This document shows positions 18,642-26,982 of a stretch of 38,992 bases of DNA, piece after piece. Position 1 is the stretch's first letter. Every line of letters starts with the position of its first letter. The position numbers were made by a program, and so were the translations under genes. The notes under the pieces are model-generated. The model saw only the letters and a program-made list of their open reading frames with translations, was not told the DNA's origin and did not search any database. The DNA comes from a virus: the IMG/VR virus record IMGVR_UViG_3300045988_152050; one strand, given 5' to 3'.

Positions 18642-19235
18642 ATGGTAAAAAATATTTATACAGATTATGAATTTAATGGCGGAAAAATCTCCGGCATTGC
18701 CGATGGTGTAAATGCATCTGATGCCGTAAATAAAAGCCAGCTCGATGCACAAGACACCGCCTTGCGTGCCTATATTGATGCCGAGATTTTAGGCTTGGGT
18801 GCATTTGTTGACGAGTTAGACCCCTCTCTTGGTTTGCCAACGGCAGGCTCAGGTGCGGCAGGTGCAATTGACGGCGGCGACTGGTGGTATATTTCTGCAG
18901 AGGGAACATTGCTTGGTATCCCTGTTCACAAAGGCGACCGCTTGCAGGCAATGGTTGACAACCCGGACACGGCAGACAACACCGCAGCCAATACCGATTG
19001 GAAAGTTTTGCACAGCTATCACGAAGCAGACAGCCGCTTTGCAATTGACAACTTGGCATTGGTAGCCGACACACCGGCCACTGTAAACCACGGACTTGGA
19101 TATAAGTTTGTTCACGTTTCTGTGGCAGATGCAACAGGCGATGCCGTTGATGTTCAAGTCAACTACGTTGACGAAAACAATCTCACTTTGACAGCAAACA
19201 CATCCGTTACTGTGAGCGGTGTTGTTTCTATCTAA
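18642..19235 (+). CDS. second tail fibre / receptor-binding-like protein
   Basis: The N-terminal motif ISGIADGVNASDAVNKSQLD is common at the N-termini of phage fibre and spike proteins. Confidence 0.55.
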   Translation: MVKNIYTDYEFNGGKISGIADGVNASDAVNKSQLDAQDTALRAYIDAEILGLGAFVDELDPSLGLPTAGSGAAGAIDGGDWWYISAEGTLLGIPVHKGDRLQAMVDNPDTADNTAANTDWKVLHSYHEADSRFAIDNLALVADTPATVNHGLGYKFVHVSVADATGDAVDVQVNYVDENNLTLTANTSVTVSGVVSI

Positions 19236-19396
19236 GGAGAAAAGCAATGGGAGCAAAAAGGTATTCGTTGTTGGGTTTAACTCCCCCGCAAATAAACCCA
19301 GCAATCTCTCCGGTAATGCCTTGTAGCTCTCAGCATAGGGCGGAGGTGGTTTTCTACCCCGTCCTAATTTTATTTTAACTTGTTTTATGCGTCCGG

Positions 19397-19426
19397 TTGA
19401 CAAAGGCTCTCTTGTCGGTTTATCTT
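19397..19426 (+). promoter_or_regulatory. candidate promoter ahead of the lysis cassette (TTGACA, 18 nt, TATCTT)
   Basis: Hexamers read at 19397..19402 and 19421..19426. The spacer carries a GACAA/TTGTC inverted repeat. Confidence 0.3.
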
Positions 19427-19461
19427 CAAATTAAGGGGAGAACAATAACCGGAGAGAAAAA

Positions 19462-19719
19462 TTGGAAGATTTAATCCACACAGCTGTTGAATATACGGTG
19501 ATGGCCATAGTTGGTATCATAGGATGGATTGGAAAGACACTCCACGGAAAAGCAAACAAATCCGAGGTTGAAAAACTTGAGGAAGAACTCCAACGACTGC
19601 GTGAAAAAGTATTCTCTCTTCTTGAAACCCTAGCTACAAAAGAAGATTTTAATAAGCTTGAAAGAAAGCTTGATAAATTGATTGAGCGTGAAATTGATAG
19701 GGGGAGAAGCAGAAGATGA
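19462..19719 (+). CDS. membrane/coiled-coil protein, holin-region candidate (TTG start)
   Basis: Track ORF. N-terminal TM helix (VMAIVGIIGWIG) followed by a coiled coil. GGAGAG RBS. Confidence 0.5.
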   Translation: MEDLIHTAVEYTVMAIVGIIGWIGKTLHGKANKSEVEKLEEELQRLREKVFSLLETLATKEDFNKLERKLDKLIEREIDRGRSRR

Positions 19720-19859
19720 GTTGCGAAGAAAAATACAAATTTTGGAAATGGTTAATTGAGAAAGCTATAAGCAACAAAAGGGTTTATCGGTTGCTTTGGG
19801 GCTTTCTTTTTGTTTTAGCCATTTGTGCGTTTAAGTTTGGATTGTTAGGATTATTCTGA
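19716..19859 (+). CDS. small membrane protein (47 aa), holin/antiholin candidate
   Basis: My translation is MSCEEKYKFWKWLIEKAISNKRVYRLLWGFLFVLAICAFKFGLLGLF. It has ATGA coupling at both ends. It is below the track size cutoff. Confidence 0.45.
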   Translation: MSCEEKYKFWKWLIEKAISNKRVYRLLWGFLFVLAICAFKFGLLGLF

Positions 19860-20323
19860 TGAATTTGCTTGAGATTAAAAAACGTTTAGAATTTCATGAG
19901 GGTTTTAGAGCAAAGCCTTATTATTGCTCTGCCGGAAAAAGAACCATCGGCATCGGCCGCAATTTGGAAGCAAAGCCATTCACCGAAGCCGAACGTCTGG
20001 TAATTAAAAACCCGGAAAACATCACACGTCAGGAAGCATATTTTTTGCTTGAAAATGACATCAACGAAACAATTAGACTTTTAGATAACATGGTCCGGTG
20101 CTTTGCCAAATTGGACGATGAACGCAAATATGCTTTGATAGACATGGGCTTTCAGCTTGGAATAAGCGGCTTGTGCAAGTTTAAGAATATGCTTGCCGCC
20201 ATGGCTTCCGGAGATTTTGAAAAAGCAAGCAAAGAGTGCTTAAATTCTGCCTATGCCAAACAAACACCGGCAAGAGCCGAAAGAATTGCACGTTTAATAA
20301 AAACCGGAGAGTGGAAGATTTAA
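19859..20323 (+). CDS. endolysin, T4-type lysozyme (GH24)
   Basis: EGFRAKPYYCSAGKRTIGIGRN matches the catalytic-region pattern E-G-x-x-x-x-x-Y-x-x-x-x-G-x-x-T-I-G-x-G of GH24. Confidence 0.85.
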   Translation: MNLLEIKKRLEFHEGFRAKPYYCSAGKRTIGIGRNLEAKPFTEAERLVIKNPENITRQEAYFLLENDINETIRLLDNMVRCFAKLDDERKYALIDMGFQLGISGLCKFKNMLAAMASGDFEKASKECLNSAYAKQTPARAERIARLIKTGEWKI

Positions 20324-20353
20324 TGTTGAATAAATAACGGAGGCTTTAATTAG

Positions 20354-20953
20354 ATGTATATAGTTTATTTTATTCTAGGTGCGTTTGCTAGACGTTGGTT
20401 TGGAGGTATGTTTCCCGACGAGAAATACAAGATTTTGGGAAACAGAGGTTTGCAAACTGTGTTTGTGATTGCTTTGTTTATGAGTATTTATGTTACTAAT
20501 CCGGACGCTTGGCAGAATTGGCTTGTGGCAGCGGTGGTTAGCTGTTGGCTTCAGTTTCAGTTCTGGAGTAGAGGACATGGGTGTTGTTTTGACATCGGGA
20601 GAGGTGATTCACCTAATATTTCAAGATATAATGAACGTTGGTATCATTACCCTTGTGATTGGATATTTAGCAAGCTTGGTGTTTCTGATTATCGTTACGG
20701 ATTTTTATATGACTTTATATATATGAGCTTGCGTTATGCTTGTCCGATGATTCCTATGATGATTTTTGATTGGCGATATATTTTAATTGGTTTATCCATT
20801 GCGCCTGTTTATGCTTTTTGCTGGACACTATATGAAAAAGAGCCGTGGTTTAGATTTAAGCAAAAGTGGCTTGATTTACCGACAAAGTGGGCTGAAATAA
20901 TCGTTGGTGGAATTGTATTCTCTGGATGCTATCTGCTGAGGTGGGGGCTATGA
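20354..20953 (+). CDS. polytopic membrane protein of unknown function inside the lysis cassette
   Basis: 199 aa with several hydrophobic segments, Trp/Cys-rich, GGAGG RBS. Confidence 0.65.
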   Translation: MYIVYFILGAFARRWFGGMFPDEKYKILGNRGLQTVFVIALFMSIYVTNPDAWQNWLVAAVVSCWLQFQFWSRGHGCCFDIGRGDSPNISRYNERWYHYPCDWIFSKLGVSDYRYGFLYDFIYMSLRYACPMIPMMIFDWRYILIGLSIAPVYAFCWTLYEKEPWFRFKQKWLDLPTKWAEIIVGGIVFSGCYLLRWGL

Positions 20954-21153
20954 AAAATGCGGTGGTTTTTATTCTTTTTATTTCTGCTTTGCTTGGAGCT
21001 TATTTGCTTGGGCGTTCTCATAGCGAGCTAAAAATCGTCAAGGAACAAGTTGAGGTAATAAAATATGTTAATAAAGAAAAAGCAGAGATATATTCTAAGC
21101 CTAATGCTTCTCGCTCTGAGTTGCTTAAGCTCATGCGCATCGGTAAATTATAG
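20950..21153 (+). CDS. i-spanin (Rz-like)
   Basis: MKNAVVFILFISALLGAYLLG is an N-terminal TM helix followed by a charged helix. ATGA coupling. The o-spanin ORF overlaps it out of frame. Confidence 0.6.
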   Translation: MKNAVVFILFISALLGAYLLGRSHSELKIVKEQVEVIKYVNKEKAEIYSKPNASRSELLKLMRIGKL

Positions 21154-21301
21154 CTATAATTGCCCAGTCTATCCCATTGCTGGAGAGAAAGTCGCAAAAG
21201 AACTTGAACAAGCGGGAGATTTGCCTAATACTTGGGAATGGATAGGCAGAATAAATAAATTAAGACAGGAGTTAGAAGTTTGCCAAAAGAGTTTAATGTA
21301 G
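21065..21301 (+). CDS. o-spanin (Rz1-like lipoprotein)
   Basis: Signal peptide with lipobox LSLMLLALSCLSS|C. It starts inside the i-spanin gene in another frame and extends beyond it (overlapped architecture). Confidence 0.65.
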   Translation: MLIKKKQRYILSLMLLALSCLSSCASVNYSYNCPVYPIAGEKVAKELEQAGDLPNTWEWIGRINKLRQELEVCQKSLM

Positions 21302-21504
21302 TTGAAATTGGCAATTATGTATGCGCCATAAAACTTGGCCGGTGTCCGATTTTTGCCGTTGAAAACAAAAGCAAAAAAGATGATATGATCGAGGGGTTAA
21401 AAATAGACTTCCCGGATCATATTTTTGTTAACGGCGGAAAGAAAGAGCGAGCCGAAGCCGCCAAAAGAATAATTATGCAAAAAAATATGAATGCCGGTAG
21501 ATAA
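21280..21504 (+). CDS. hypothetical protein (74 aa, TTG start in the track)
   Basis: Track ORF only; the start is uncertain. Confidence 0.4.
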   Translation: MPKEFNVVEIGNYVCAIKLGRCPIFAVENKSKKDDMIEGLKIDFPDHIFVNGGKKERAEAAKRIIMQKNMNAGR

Positions 21505-21520
21505 CTCTGCCGGTTTTTTT
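21494..21520 (+). terminator. Rho-independent terminator ending the late operon
   Basis: Stem ccggtaga/tctgccgg (8 bp including 1 G-U), loop taac, then T7. Confidence 0.75.
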
Positions 21521-21532
21521 GTGGGGGATAAT

Positions 21533-21982
21533 ATGGAAATATGGACGGATGCGAGCTTTGACCAAAAGAGAAAAGTTGCCGGATGGGGAGTTGTTATCAA
21601 AGAAGGCATGAAAGAACGGACTTATTCCAACTGGTTGCCGACAGATAACGTTAACCTTGCAGAAATATTTGCCATCCATACCGCTTGCGTTTTGGCGGGG
21701 GGAAAGCAATGCTCTATATACAGCGATTCAATGACGGCAATTTCATACATTAATGGAACGATTAGAGAAGACAAGCCCAGGACAAGGGAGCAGTGGATTA
21801 ACCACAAAAAGATGAAATTTTGGGCATACAAGATAAGGAAGTTTAACGCAAATATAGAGTGGACGAAAGGACACAAGCGCACTTTTCAAATAGATGCAAT
21901 CGGAAACAGCATGGCGGATTTGAAAGCGCGGTCTGGATTATCAAAATTTTATTTGACATTGGACAGAAAAAGAGTAAGATAA
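21533..21982 (+). CDS. RNase H (RNase HI-like)
   Basis: MEIWTDASF ... GWGVVI ... NLAEIFAIHTA ... IYSDSM ... WTKGH ... NSMADLKA follows the D-E-D-H-D layout of RNase HI. Confidence 0.7.
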   Translation: MEIWTDASFDQKRKVAGWGVVIKEGMKERTYSNWLPTDNVNLAEIFAIHTACVLAGGKQCSIYSDSMTAISYINGTIREDKPRTREQWINHKKMKFWAYKIRKFNANIEWTKGHKRTFQIDAIGNSMADLKARSGLSKFYLTLDRKRVR

Positions 21983-22025
21983 TATATGAAAAAATAAAAT
22001 TGCCGTTATATTTTTTTCATCTTCG

Positions 22026-22059
22026 CACCCGATGCACTTTTGCAAAGGGTGTTTTTTTT
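22026..22059 (+). terminator. Rho-independent terminator
   Basis: Interrupted stem cacccgatgca/tgcaaagggtg, loop cttt, then T8. Confidence 0.6.
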
Positions 22060-22060
22060 A

Positions 22061-22089
22061 TTGACAATTATAATATTTTATTGTAATTT
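22061..22089 (+). promoter_or_regulatory. early promoter, TTGACAATTA family (TTGACA, 17 nt, TAATTT)
   Basis: Hexamers at 22061..22066 and 22084..22089. It shares the TTGACAATTA core with four other sites. Confidence 0.6.
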
Positions 22090-22119
22090 TAGGTTGTTTT
22101 AATTGTAAAGGAGATGAAG

Positions 22120-23001
22120 ATGACCATACAACAAATTAACAACATGAACAACGATGATGAATACTTTGCATTGCCGGCCCTTTCTGCCAGCCAGATTAAA
22201 CAATTTAACGAGGGCGGATGCGGAGCTTATAGATTTTGGCAATCATCACCACTCAACCCAAACAAAAAGACCAATGCAGATAAAGATGCAAGCGATGCGC
22301 TGGTTTTTGGCAAGCTGGCTCACTGCATGTTGCTTGAGCCGGAAGAATTAGAGAAAAGATTTGTTGTTTTTGACTGGGGAACAAAAAGCCGAGATACGGC
22401 AGCATATAAAAAATTTATAAAAGACTTCCCAGATGACCGCATTGTTGTGTCATCCGAAGAATGGGAGAGAGCCGGAAAGATGATTGCAAACTTAAGAGGG
22501 CATAAGTTGGCCGCAAGTATCATTGCCGGAGCAAAAACAGAAATGCCGATTGTTTGGAAAGATGACCAAACCGGATTATTGATGAAATGCAAGGTAGATG
22601 CCATAAAACGCACAAAGAACGGCATTGTGGTTATTGACTATAAAACATCCGGTGATATGGAGAGCTTCATCAAGTGGCCACACAAAAACAGCTATTATTT
22701 GCAAGATGCGGTCTATCGTCAGGCTATTTTTGAAAAATACGGAGAATATCCGAGCGAGTTTGTTTTTATTATGCAATCCAAAAAACCGGACGAAGAAGAA
22801 ATGATTGCCATTTTGCGATACTCGTTTGAAGACGTGGAATACGCAAAAGACCGAGCCAGATATCTTACAGACACCATTGCCGAAAAATATAAACAATGGC
22901 TTGAAACCAAAGACGATAGCATCTGGCAGCCATACCCAAACATCATTGAGCTGCACTTGAGCCAATGGGTAACAAACAAGCAGGCGGAAGAAGAAATATA
23001 A
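22120..23001 (+). CDS. PD-(D/E)XK recombination exonuclease (RecE/YqaJ-functional analogue)
   Basis: CKVDAIKRTKNGIVVIDYKTS and YYLQDAVY fit the D...(D/E)xK...Q..Y nuclease core. It lies directly upstream of recT. ATG 22120 has better RBS spacing than 22114. Confidence 0.65.
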   Translation: MTIQQINNMNNDDEYFALPALSASQIKQFNEGGCGAYRFWQSSPLNPNKKTNADKDASDALVFGKLAHCMLLEPEELEKRFVVFDWGTKSRDTAAYKKFIKDFPDDRIVVSSEEWERAGKMIANLRGHKLAASIIAGAKTEMPIVWKDDQTGLLMKCKVDAIKRTKNGIVVIDYKTSGDMESFIKWPHKNSYYLQDAVYRQAIFEKYGEYPSEFVFIMQSKKPDEEEMIAILRYSFEDVEYAKDRARYLTDTIAEKYKQWLETKDDSIWQPYPNIIELHLSQWVTNKQAEEEI

Positions 23002-23012
23002 GCCTAACAAAT

Positions 23013-23040
23013 CCCCGGAGAAAAATCTGGGGTTTTTTTT
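23013..23040 (+). terminator. Rho-independent terminator
   Basis: Stem ccccgg/ctgggg, loop agaaaaat, then T8. Confidence 0.7.
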
Positions 23041-23050
23041 GTTTTTTGTG

Positions 23051-23079
23051 TTGACAATTACAAGAAAACATTATAATTT
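23051..23079 (+). promoter_or_regulatory. early promoter, TTGACAATTAC family
   Basis: TTGACA at 23051..23056 and TAATTT at 23074..23079. A TATAAT is offset by 2 nt. Confidence 0.6.
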
Positions 23080-23113
23080 TATAGTGTTTTAATTTTAATG
23101 AGAGGAAAAAACA

Positions 23114-23974
23114 ATGACGGAAAATGTTCCAGTAGTTCAAGAAACCAAAAAGGTTGACGTTGTTCAAAAATATGTGGATGAATTATCGGCCGGTTGGGTT
23201 CGAGTTTTGCCAAAGATTTGCACCCCGGAAAGATTTGCCAGAGTGGCAGTAACCTGCATTAAAAAGAACAGCAAATTGATTTTGGCATTGCAAACAAAAG
23301 AGGGAAAAAAAAGCCTTGCCGAAGCATTTATGAAATGTGCCGAGCTTGGCATTGAGCCAGACGGCCGCAGAGCTTATTTAATCCCCTACAAAAACGATAT
23401 TCAGCTGATTATTGACTACAAAGGCATCGCCGAGCTTGCTATGCGTAGCGGTATGATCAGCAACATCCATGCCGACAAAGTATGCGAGAATGACGAATTT
23501 GAATACAATATCGGCGAAATCACCAAACACCGCATTGACTTCCGCAAGCCCAGAGGGGAAGCCTATGCCTATTATGCAATCGTAACCTTTAAGGATGGCA
23601 CTAAGAAATGCGAGGTTATGAGCAAAGATGAGGTTGATGCCATCCGCAAGCGTTCAAAATCTCCGAACAATGGCCCATGGGTAACCGATTATGATGAAAT
23701 GGCGAAAAAAACAGTGTTCAAAAGATTGTCCAAATGGCTGCCATTAAGCCCCGAACTGCAAAAAGGCATTGACATTGACAATGAAGAATATGAGATGCCA
23801 AAGCAACCGCAACAGGGATATGTTGAAGCCGACTATGAAGCTTTGCCGCTGGATGATGAAATCCCCACCTTTGACGAGAAAACCGGCGAGATTATCGAAG
23901 AACCGGAGCCGGAAGAACCAAAGGCACCGGAAGCATCGGCAGAGCAACCGCAACAACAAACAATAGAATTTTAA
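23114..23974 (+). CDS. recT: RecT-family single-strand annealing protein
   Basis: GIEPDGRRAYLIPYKNDIQLIIDYKGIAELAMRSG is a typical RecT core. Acidic C-terminal tail. Confidence 0.85.
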   Translation: MTENVPVVQETKKVDVVQKYVDELSAGWVRVLPKICTPERFARVAVTCIKKNSKLILALQTKEGKKSLAEAFMKCAELGIEPDGRRAYLIPYKNDIQLIIDYKGIAELAMRSGMISNIHADKVCENDEFEYNIGEITKHRIDFRKPRGEAYAYYAIVTFKDGTKKCEVMSKDEVDAIRKRSKSPNNGPWVTDYDEMAKKTVFKRLSKWLPLSPELQKGIDIDNEEYEMPKQPQQGYVEADYEALPLDDEIPTFDEKTGEIIEEPEPEEPKAPEASAEQPQQQTIEF

Positions 23975-23981
23975 TAAATCC

Positions 23982-24009
23982 GGGGAGCTTCACCGGCTCC
24001 CCACTTTTT
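23982..24009 (+). terminator. Rho-independent terminator
   Basis: Stem ggggagc/gctcccc, loop ttcaccg, followed by acTTTTT. Confidence 0.65.
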
Positions 24010-24022
24010 AAGGAATAAAAAT

Positions 24023-24985
24023 ATGACGGAAAACACATTAATCGTTTTGAAAGACGAAACAGTAGCTAAATTTGAGTTTAACTTTGAAGAACTCAAAAAA
24101 TGGGCCTTGGAAAAGGTAGAAAAATATAAAAATTTGATGTTTACCGAAGACCAAGTCATTGACATCAAAAAAGAGATGGCCGACATCAACAAATATGCCA
24201 AAGAGATTGATGCCAAGAGAAAAGAATTTGAGAAACAATATAAAGCTCGCATTGATCCGGTTCTTGCCCAGATTTTGGAAATCAAAGGCATTTTTGACAG
24301 TGCATACAACGGTCTTAAAACTCAAGTGGATAGCTTTGAAGCGGTCGAGCGTGAAAAAAGACGTATCTCCGTTCAAGATTTGATTGATGAAACAATCCGC
24401 ACCGAGGGTTTGCAAGAATATGCAAATCGCTTTGCCATGCAAGAAAAATGGTTGAATAAGTCCACCAGCAAGAAATCAATCAAAGATGATATCCAAACCA
24501 TTGCCAACGACATCAAAGGCTTGATTGAAGCACAAGAGCAAGCCAGAAAACAGCATGAAGAAAAGCTTGAGCTTGTAAAGACACTTTACAAAGCAAAGGT
24601 TGAAGCCTACGGCTTTGACATCAACAAAGAAGCCTTTTTCTTATCTCAATGCCAATACACCACCGGTACGGCACTCACAACCATGATTGAAAACTCTTTT
24701 GAAGCCGAGAAGAAATTCCTCATCCGTCAGGAAGAAATCAAAAAAGAGCAGGAAGCCAAAGCCGCTGCCGAAGCAGAAGCCAAGGCAAAAGAAGAAGCAG
24801 CCAAACCGGCACCGATGGAAGCACCGGCCCCATTGGTAGAAAAGGAACAACCAAAACCGGAGCCGAAAAAAGAAGAAATCCTTGGCGGCCGTGTAAGATT
24901 TACATTCAAGGAAAGCAATCTTGAACAAATCAGAAACCTCATGAACCAAATCAAAGCCTTGTGCGAAACTTGGGAAAACGAATAA
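24023..24985 (+). CDS. DUF1351-like recombination-associated coiled-coil protein
   Basis: 320 aa, K/E-rich, adjacent to recT as in other phages. Family resemblance is from memory. Confidence 0.5.
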   Translation: MTENTLIVLKDETVAKFEFNFEELKKWALEKVEKYKNLMFTEDQVIDIKKEMADINKYAKEIDAKRKEFEKQYKARIDPVLAQILEIKGIFDSAYNGLKTQVDSFEAVEREKRRISVQDLIDETIRTEGLQEYANRFAMQEKWLNKSTSKKSIKDDIQTIANDIKGLIEAQEQARKQHEEKLELVKTLYKAKVEAYGFDINKEAFFLSQCQYTTGTALTTMIENSFEAEKKFLIRQEEIKKEQEAKAAAEAEAKAKEEAAKPAPMEAPAPLVEKEQPKPEPKKEEILGGRVRFTFKESNLEQIRNLMNQIKALCETWENE

Positions 24986-24989
24986 AAAT

Positions 24990-25013
24990 AGCCGGAGAAA
25001 TCCGGCTTTTTTA
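24990..25013 (+). terminator. Rho-independent terminator
   Basis: Stem agccgga/tccggct, loop gaaa, then T6. Confidence 0.8.
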
Positions 25014-25038
25014 TTTTTAAAAAATATTCATTTTCTTG

Positions 25039-25067
25039 TTGACAATTACCGTTTAACGGTATAACAT
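25039..25067 (+). promoter_or_regulatory. early promoter, TTGACAATTAC family
   Basis: TTGACA at 25039..25044 and TAACAT at 25062..25067. Confidence 0.6.
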
Positions 25068-25112
25068 GAAGACATAAACAACAAACAAACTTTTAATTTA
25101 AGGAGAAAGAAA

Positions 25113-25376
25113 ATGAAGAAATTTTATATTGCAGACATGGGCGAGTATGGACAAGGTGATGCAGTTTCCCTCTACATCTCAAAACGAGGAAATGTTTTGG
25201 CTGAGTATACCCAAGAGCCTCATTATTTTGATACCGAGGAACAGGCCCAAGAAATGTTGGACGATGTCCAAAATCGTGCGTGGGATTATAGCTTTTCCGT
25301 AACTAAGTATATTCGCGAGCGGGAAATAAAACCTGAAAATCTCGAAATTGTTGAGGTTGATTTTGATGAAGAATAA
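25113..25376 (+). CDS. hypothetical acidic protein (87 aa)
   Basis: Track ORF with AAGGAG RBS. Confidence 0.65.
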   Translation: MKKFYIADMGEYGQGDAVSLYISKRGNVLAEYTQEPHYFDTEEQAQEMLDDVQNRAWDYSFSVTKYIREREIKPENLEIVEVDFDEE

Positions 25377-25524
25377 TAAAACCAAGCTAAAATGCGATCG
25401 AGCATACGAAAAACGGCAAAAGGAAAAAGGCATCAGGGTGAGGGGGTTCCGCCTCACCGATGCCGAATGGGAAAAAGTCAAAGAATTTATACGAAAAATA
25501 AGGGAGAAAGACCATGAACAATAA
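25366..25524 (+). CDS. small basic protein (52 aa), possible ribbon-helix-helix
   Basis: My translation is MKNNKTKLKCDRAYEKRQKEKGIRVRGFRLTDAEWEKVKEFIRKIREKDHEQ. The VRGFRLTDAEWEKV segment looks like a beta-strand plus helix. It is below the track cutoff. Confidence 0.4.
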   Translation: MKNNKTKLKCDRAYEKRQKEKGIRVRGFRLTDAEWEKVKEFIRKIREKDHEQ

Positions 25525-25633
25525 AAGCACGCTTTTGGAATTATGCGAATACTTTGGGGAGCATCCGGACGACCTCGCAATACTCATAACATTTTTAATT
25601 TTTGCTTTTATTTTTGGAAGAAAGAAGAAATGA
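25514..25633 (+). CDS. small membrane peptide (39 aa)
   Basis: My translation is MNNKSTLLELCEYFGEHPDDLAILITFLIFAFIFGRKKK. ATGA coupling to the VRR-NUC gene. Confidence 0.35.
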   Translation: MNNKSTLLELCEYFGEHPDDLAILITFLIFAFIFGRKKK

Positions 25634-26070
25634 GCTTGTTTAACATCCCAGAGCTGGGCATGAAGCCAAAAAAGAAGCAGACACACCCGGAACAACCCGT
25701 TCAAAAAAGCATCGTTCAATATTTGGAGCTCAGGGGCTTTGTTTTTACGGCCCCTGACGCGGGTATTAATGTTAAGAGTAGGGTAACTAGGGGAATATTA
25801 AAATCAATGGGCAGGCGGTCAGGAATTGCCGATTTAATCGTATGGATTCCCGCAGGCACTGTCTGCATAGAATGTAAGAAGCCAGCAACGTATCGTTGGA
25901 GCGATAGATACAAACGCATGGTGATTGATGAGCGAGCCGGAACGCAGAGCGATGAGCAAAAAGCATTTCAAGCCATTATTGAAAAGCTGCCCGGACACCA
26001 TTATATCGTGGCAAAAAGCGTGTCCGATGTGGTGGATTATTTCCACAAAAACAATGTTCAACCAAAATAA
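25630..26070 (+). CDS. VRR-NUC domain nuclease
   Basis: QKSIVQYLELRG ... GIADLIVWIPAGTVCIECKK ... SDEQKAF fits the VRR-NUC (PD-(D/E)XK) pattern. Confidence 0.7.
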   Translation: MSLFNIPELGMKPKKKQTHPEQPVQKSIVQYLELRGFVFTAPDAGINVKSRVTRGILKSMGRRSGIADLIVWIPAGTVCIECKKPATYRWSDRYKRMVIDERAGTQSDEQKAFQAIIEKLPGHHYIVAKSVSDVVDYFHKNNVQPK

Positions 26071-26073
26071 TGC

Positions 26074-26102
26074 TTGCAAATTAAAAAAGTTGTGCATAAC
26101 AT
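26074..26102 (+). promoter_or_regulatory. early promoter (TTGCAAATTA, 17 nt, TAACAT)
   Basis: Hexamers at 26074..26079 and 26097..26102. The layout matches the TTGACAATTA family. Confidence 0.5.
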
Positions 26103-26138
26103 CATTTTGTATTTAGAAAGTCGATAGAGAGGGAAAAA

Positions 26139-26333
26139 ATGAAACAAACAATTCAAAAAAACATATCAAGGCACTATAAGCGATTGGAGCAAAGATTGAA
26201 AGAAATCTCTGCTCCAATTGTCGTTTTAGAAACGATTTCAAAAGAGTTCCGTTTTTTGGAAAGAGATTTATTGAGTGAGTTAGAAAGTCAGGAGAATAGA
26301 GCATGTCAACCGGAAAACAAAGAACAGCAGTAA
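26139..26333 (+). CDS. hypothetical protein (64 aa)
   Basis: Track ORF with a GAGAGGGA RBS. Confidence 0.55.
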   Translation: MKQTIQKNISRHYKRLEQRLKEISAPIVVLETISKEFRFLERDLLSELESQENRACQPENKEQQ

Positions 26334-26968
26334 TTTATAGCGATTGGAAAGACCTCATTGAAGAAATATCGAATGAGGATGCCGGAATAATCTTCAAAAA
26401 TCTTTTACGCATGCTTGACAACGAGATGATGCTTGATGAGCCATCCGAAAAGGGTGTATGGCGGTTTATTGCCAAAAAATTTGGCGAGGGAATCAAAAAA
26501 TGGAGTGAAAAATCCAGAGCAAATTCACGCATAGCCAAGGAAAGATGGGAAAAATCTCGTCAACAAAAAGATGATGCGAACGTATGCGAACGCATGCAAA
26601 CGCATACGAACGTATGCGAACCTAAAAACACGCAATGCGAAACGATGCCTACTGTTACTGTTACTGTTAATAATAATAGTTTAAAAGAAAAAGAAATATA
26701 TAAAGAAAAAGAAAACCATTTTTTGGATTATCCAGATGATTTTGAATTTTTAAGCAACAGTAAATTTTTAATTAATAAAAGTTTTAGTTTTAAGTTGGAC
26801 AATCGAAACATCAAGCCTTATGTCGATAGCTACGGGCCGCAGATAATAAACGCCGTCCAAAGTTGGCTTATAAAGAGCAAAGACGGAAAAGAGGTTGATT
26901 GGTGCTTCATTACCAAGCAGTTTGAAAACTTCCGCAAGAGAAGCGGACGACCGTTGATGATGAGATAA
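26303..26968 (+). CDS. putative replication initiator/organiser carrying an internal origin
   Basis: 221 aa. The coding sequence contains a phased iteron array followed by an AT-rich tract, as in lambda O/ori. Function is inferred from this layout. Confidence 0.5.
   Translation: MSTGKQRTAVIYSDWKDLIEEISNEDAGIIFKNLLRMLDNEMMLDEPSEKGVWRFIAKKFGEGIKKWSEKSRANSRIAKERWEKSRQQKDDANVCERMQTHTNVCEPKNTQCETMPTVTVTVNNNSLKEKEIYKEKENHFLDYPDDFEFLSNSKFLINKSFSFKLDNRNIKPYVDSYGPQIINAVQSWLIKSKDGKEVDWCFITKQFENFRKRSGRPLMMR
26574..26642 (+). repeat. iteron array: five tandem 10-bp-phased copies of ATGCGAAC (1-nt variants) plus a sixth copy 13 nt downstream
   Basis: ATGCGAACgtATGCGAACgcATGCAAACgcATACGAACgtATGCGAACct......ATGCGAAA read directly at 26574, 26584, 26594, 26604, 26614 and 26635. 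An AT-rich stretch follows at about 26660..26800. Confidence 0.85.
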
Positions 26969-26982
26969 AGGGAGATTAGGAG

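Noticed and set aside
18673-19403. Minus-strand ORFs of 153 and 184 aa opposite the second fibre gene
   Set aside because: They are antisense to a good + strand CDS. The 184-aa ORF needs a TTG start with no RBS. The products are Cys/Arg-rich with no recognisable motif.
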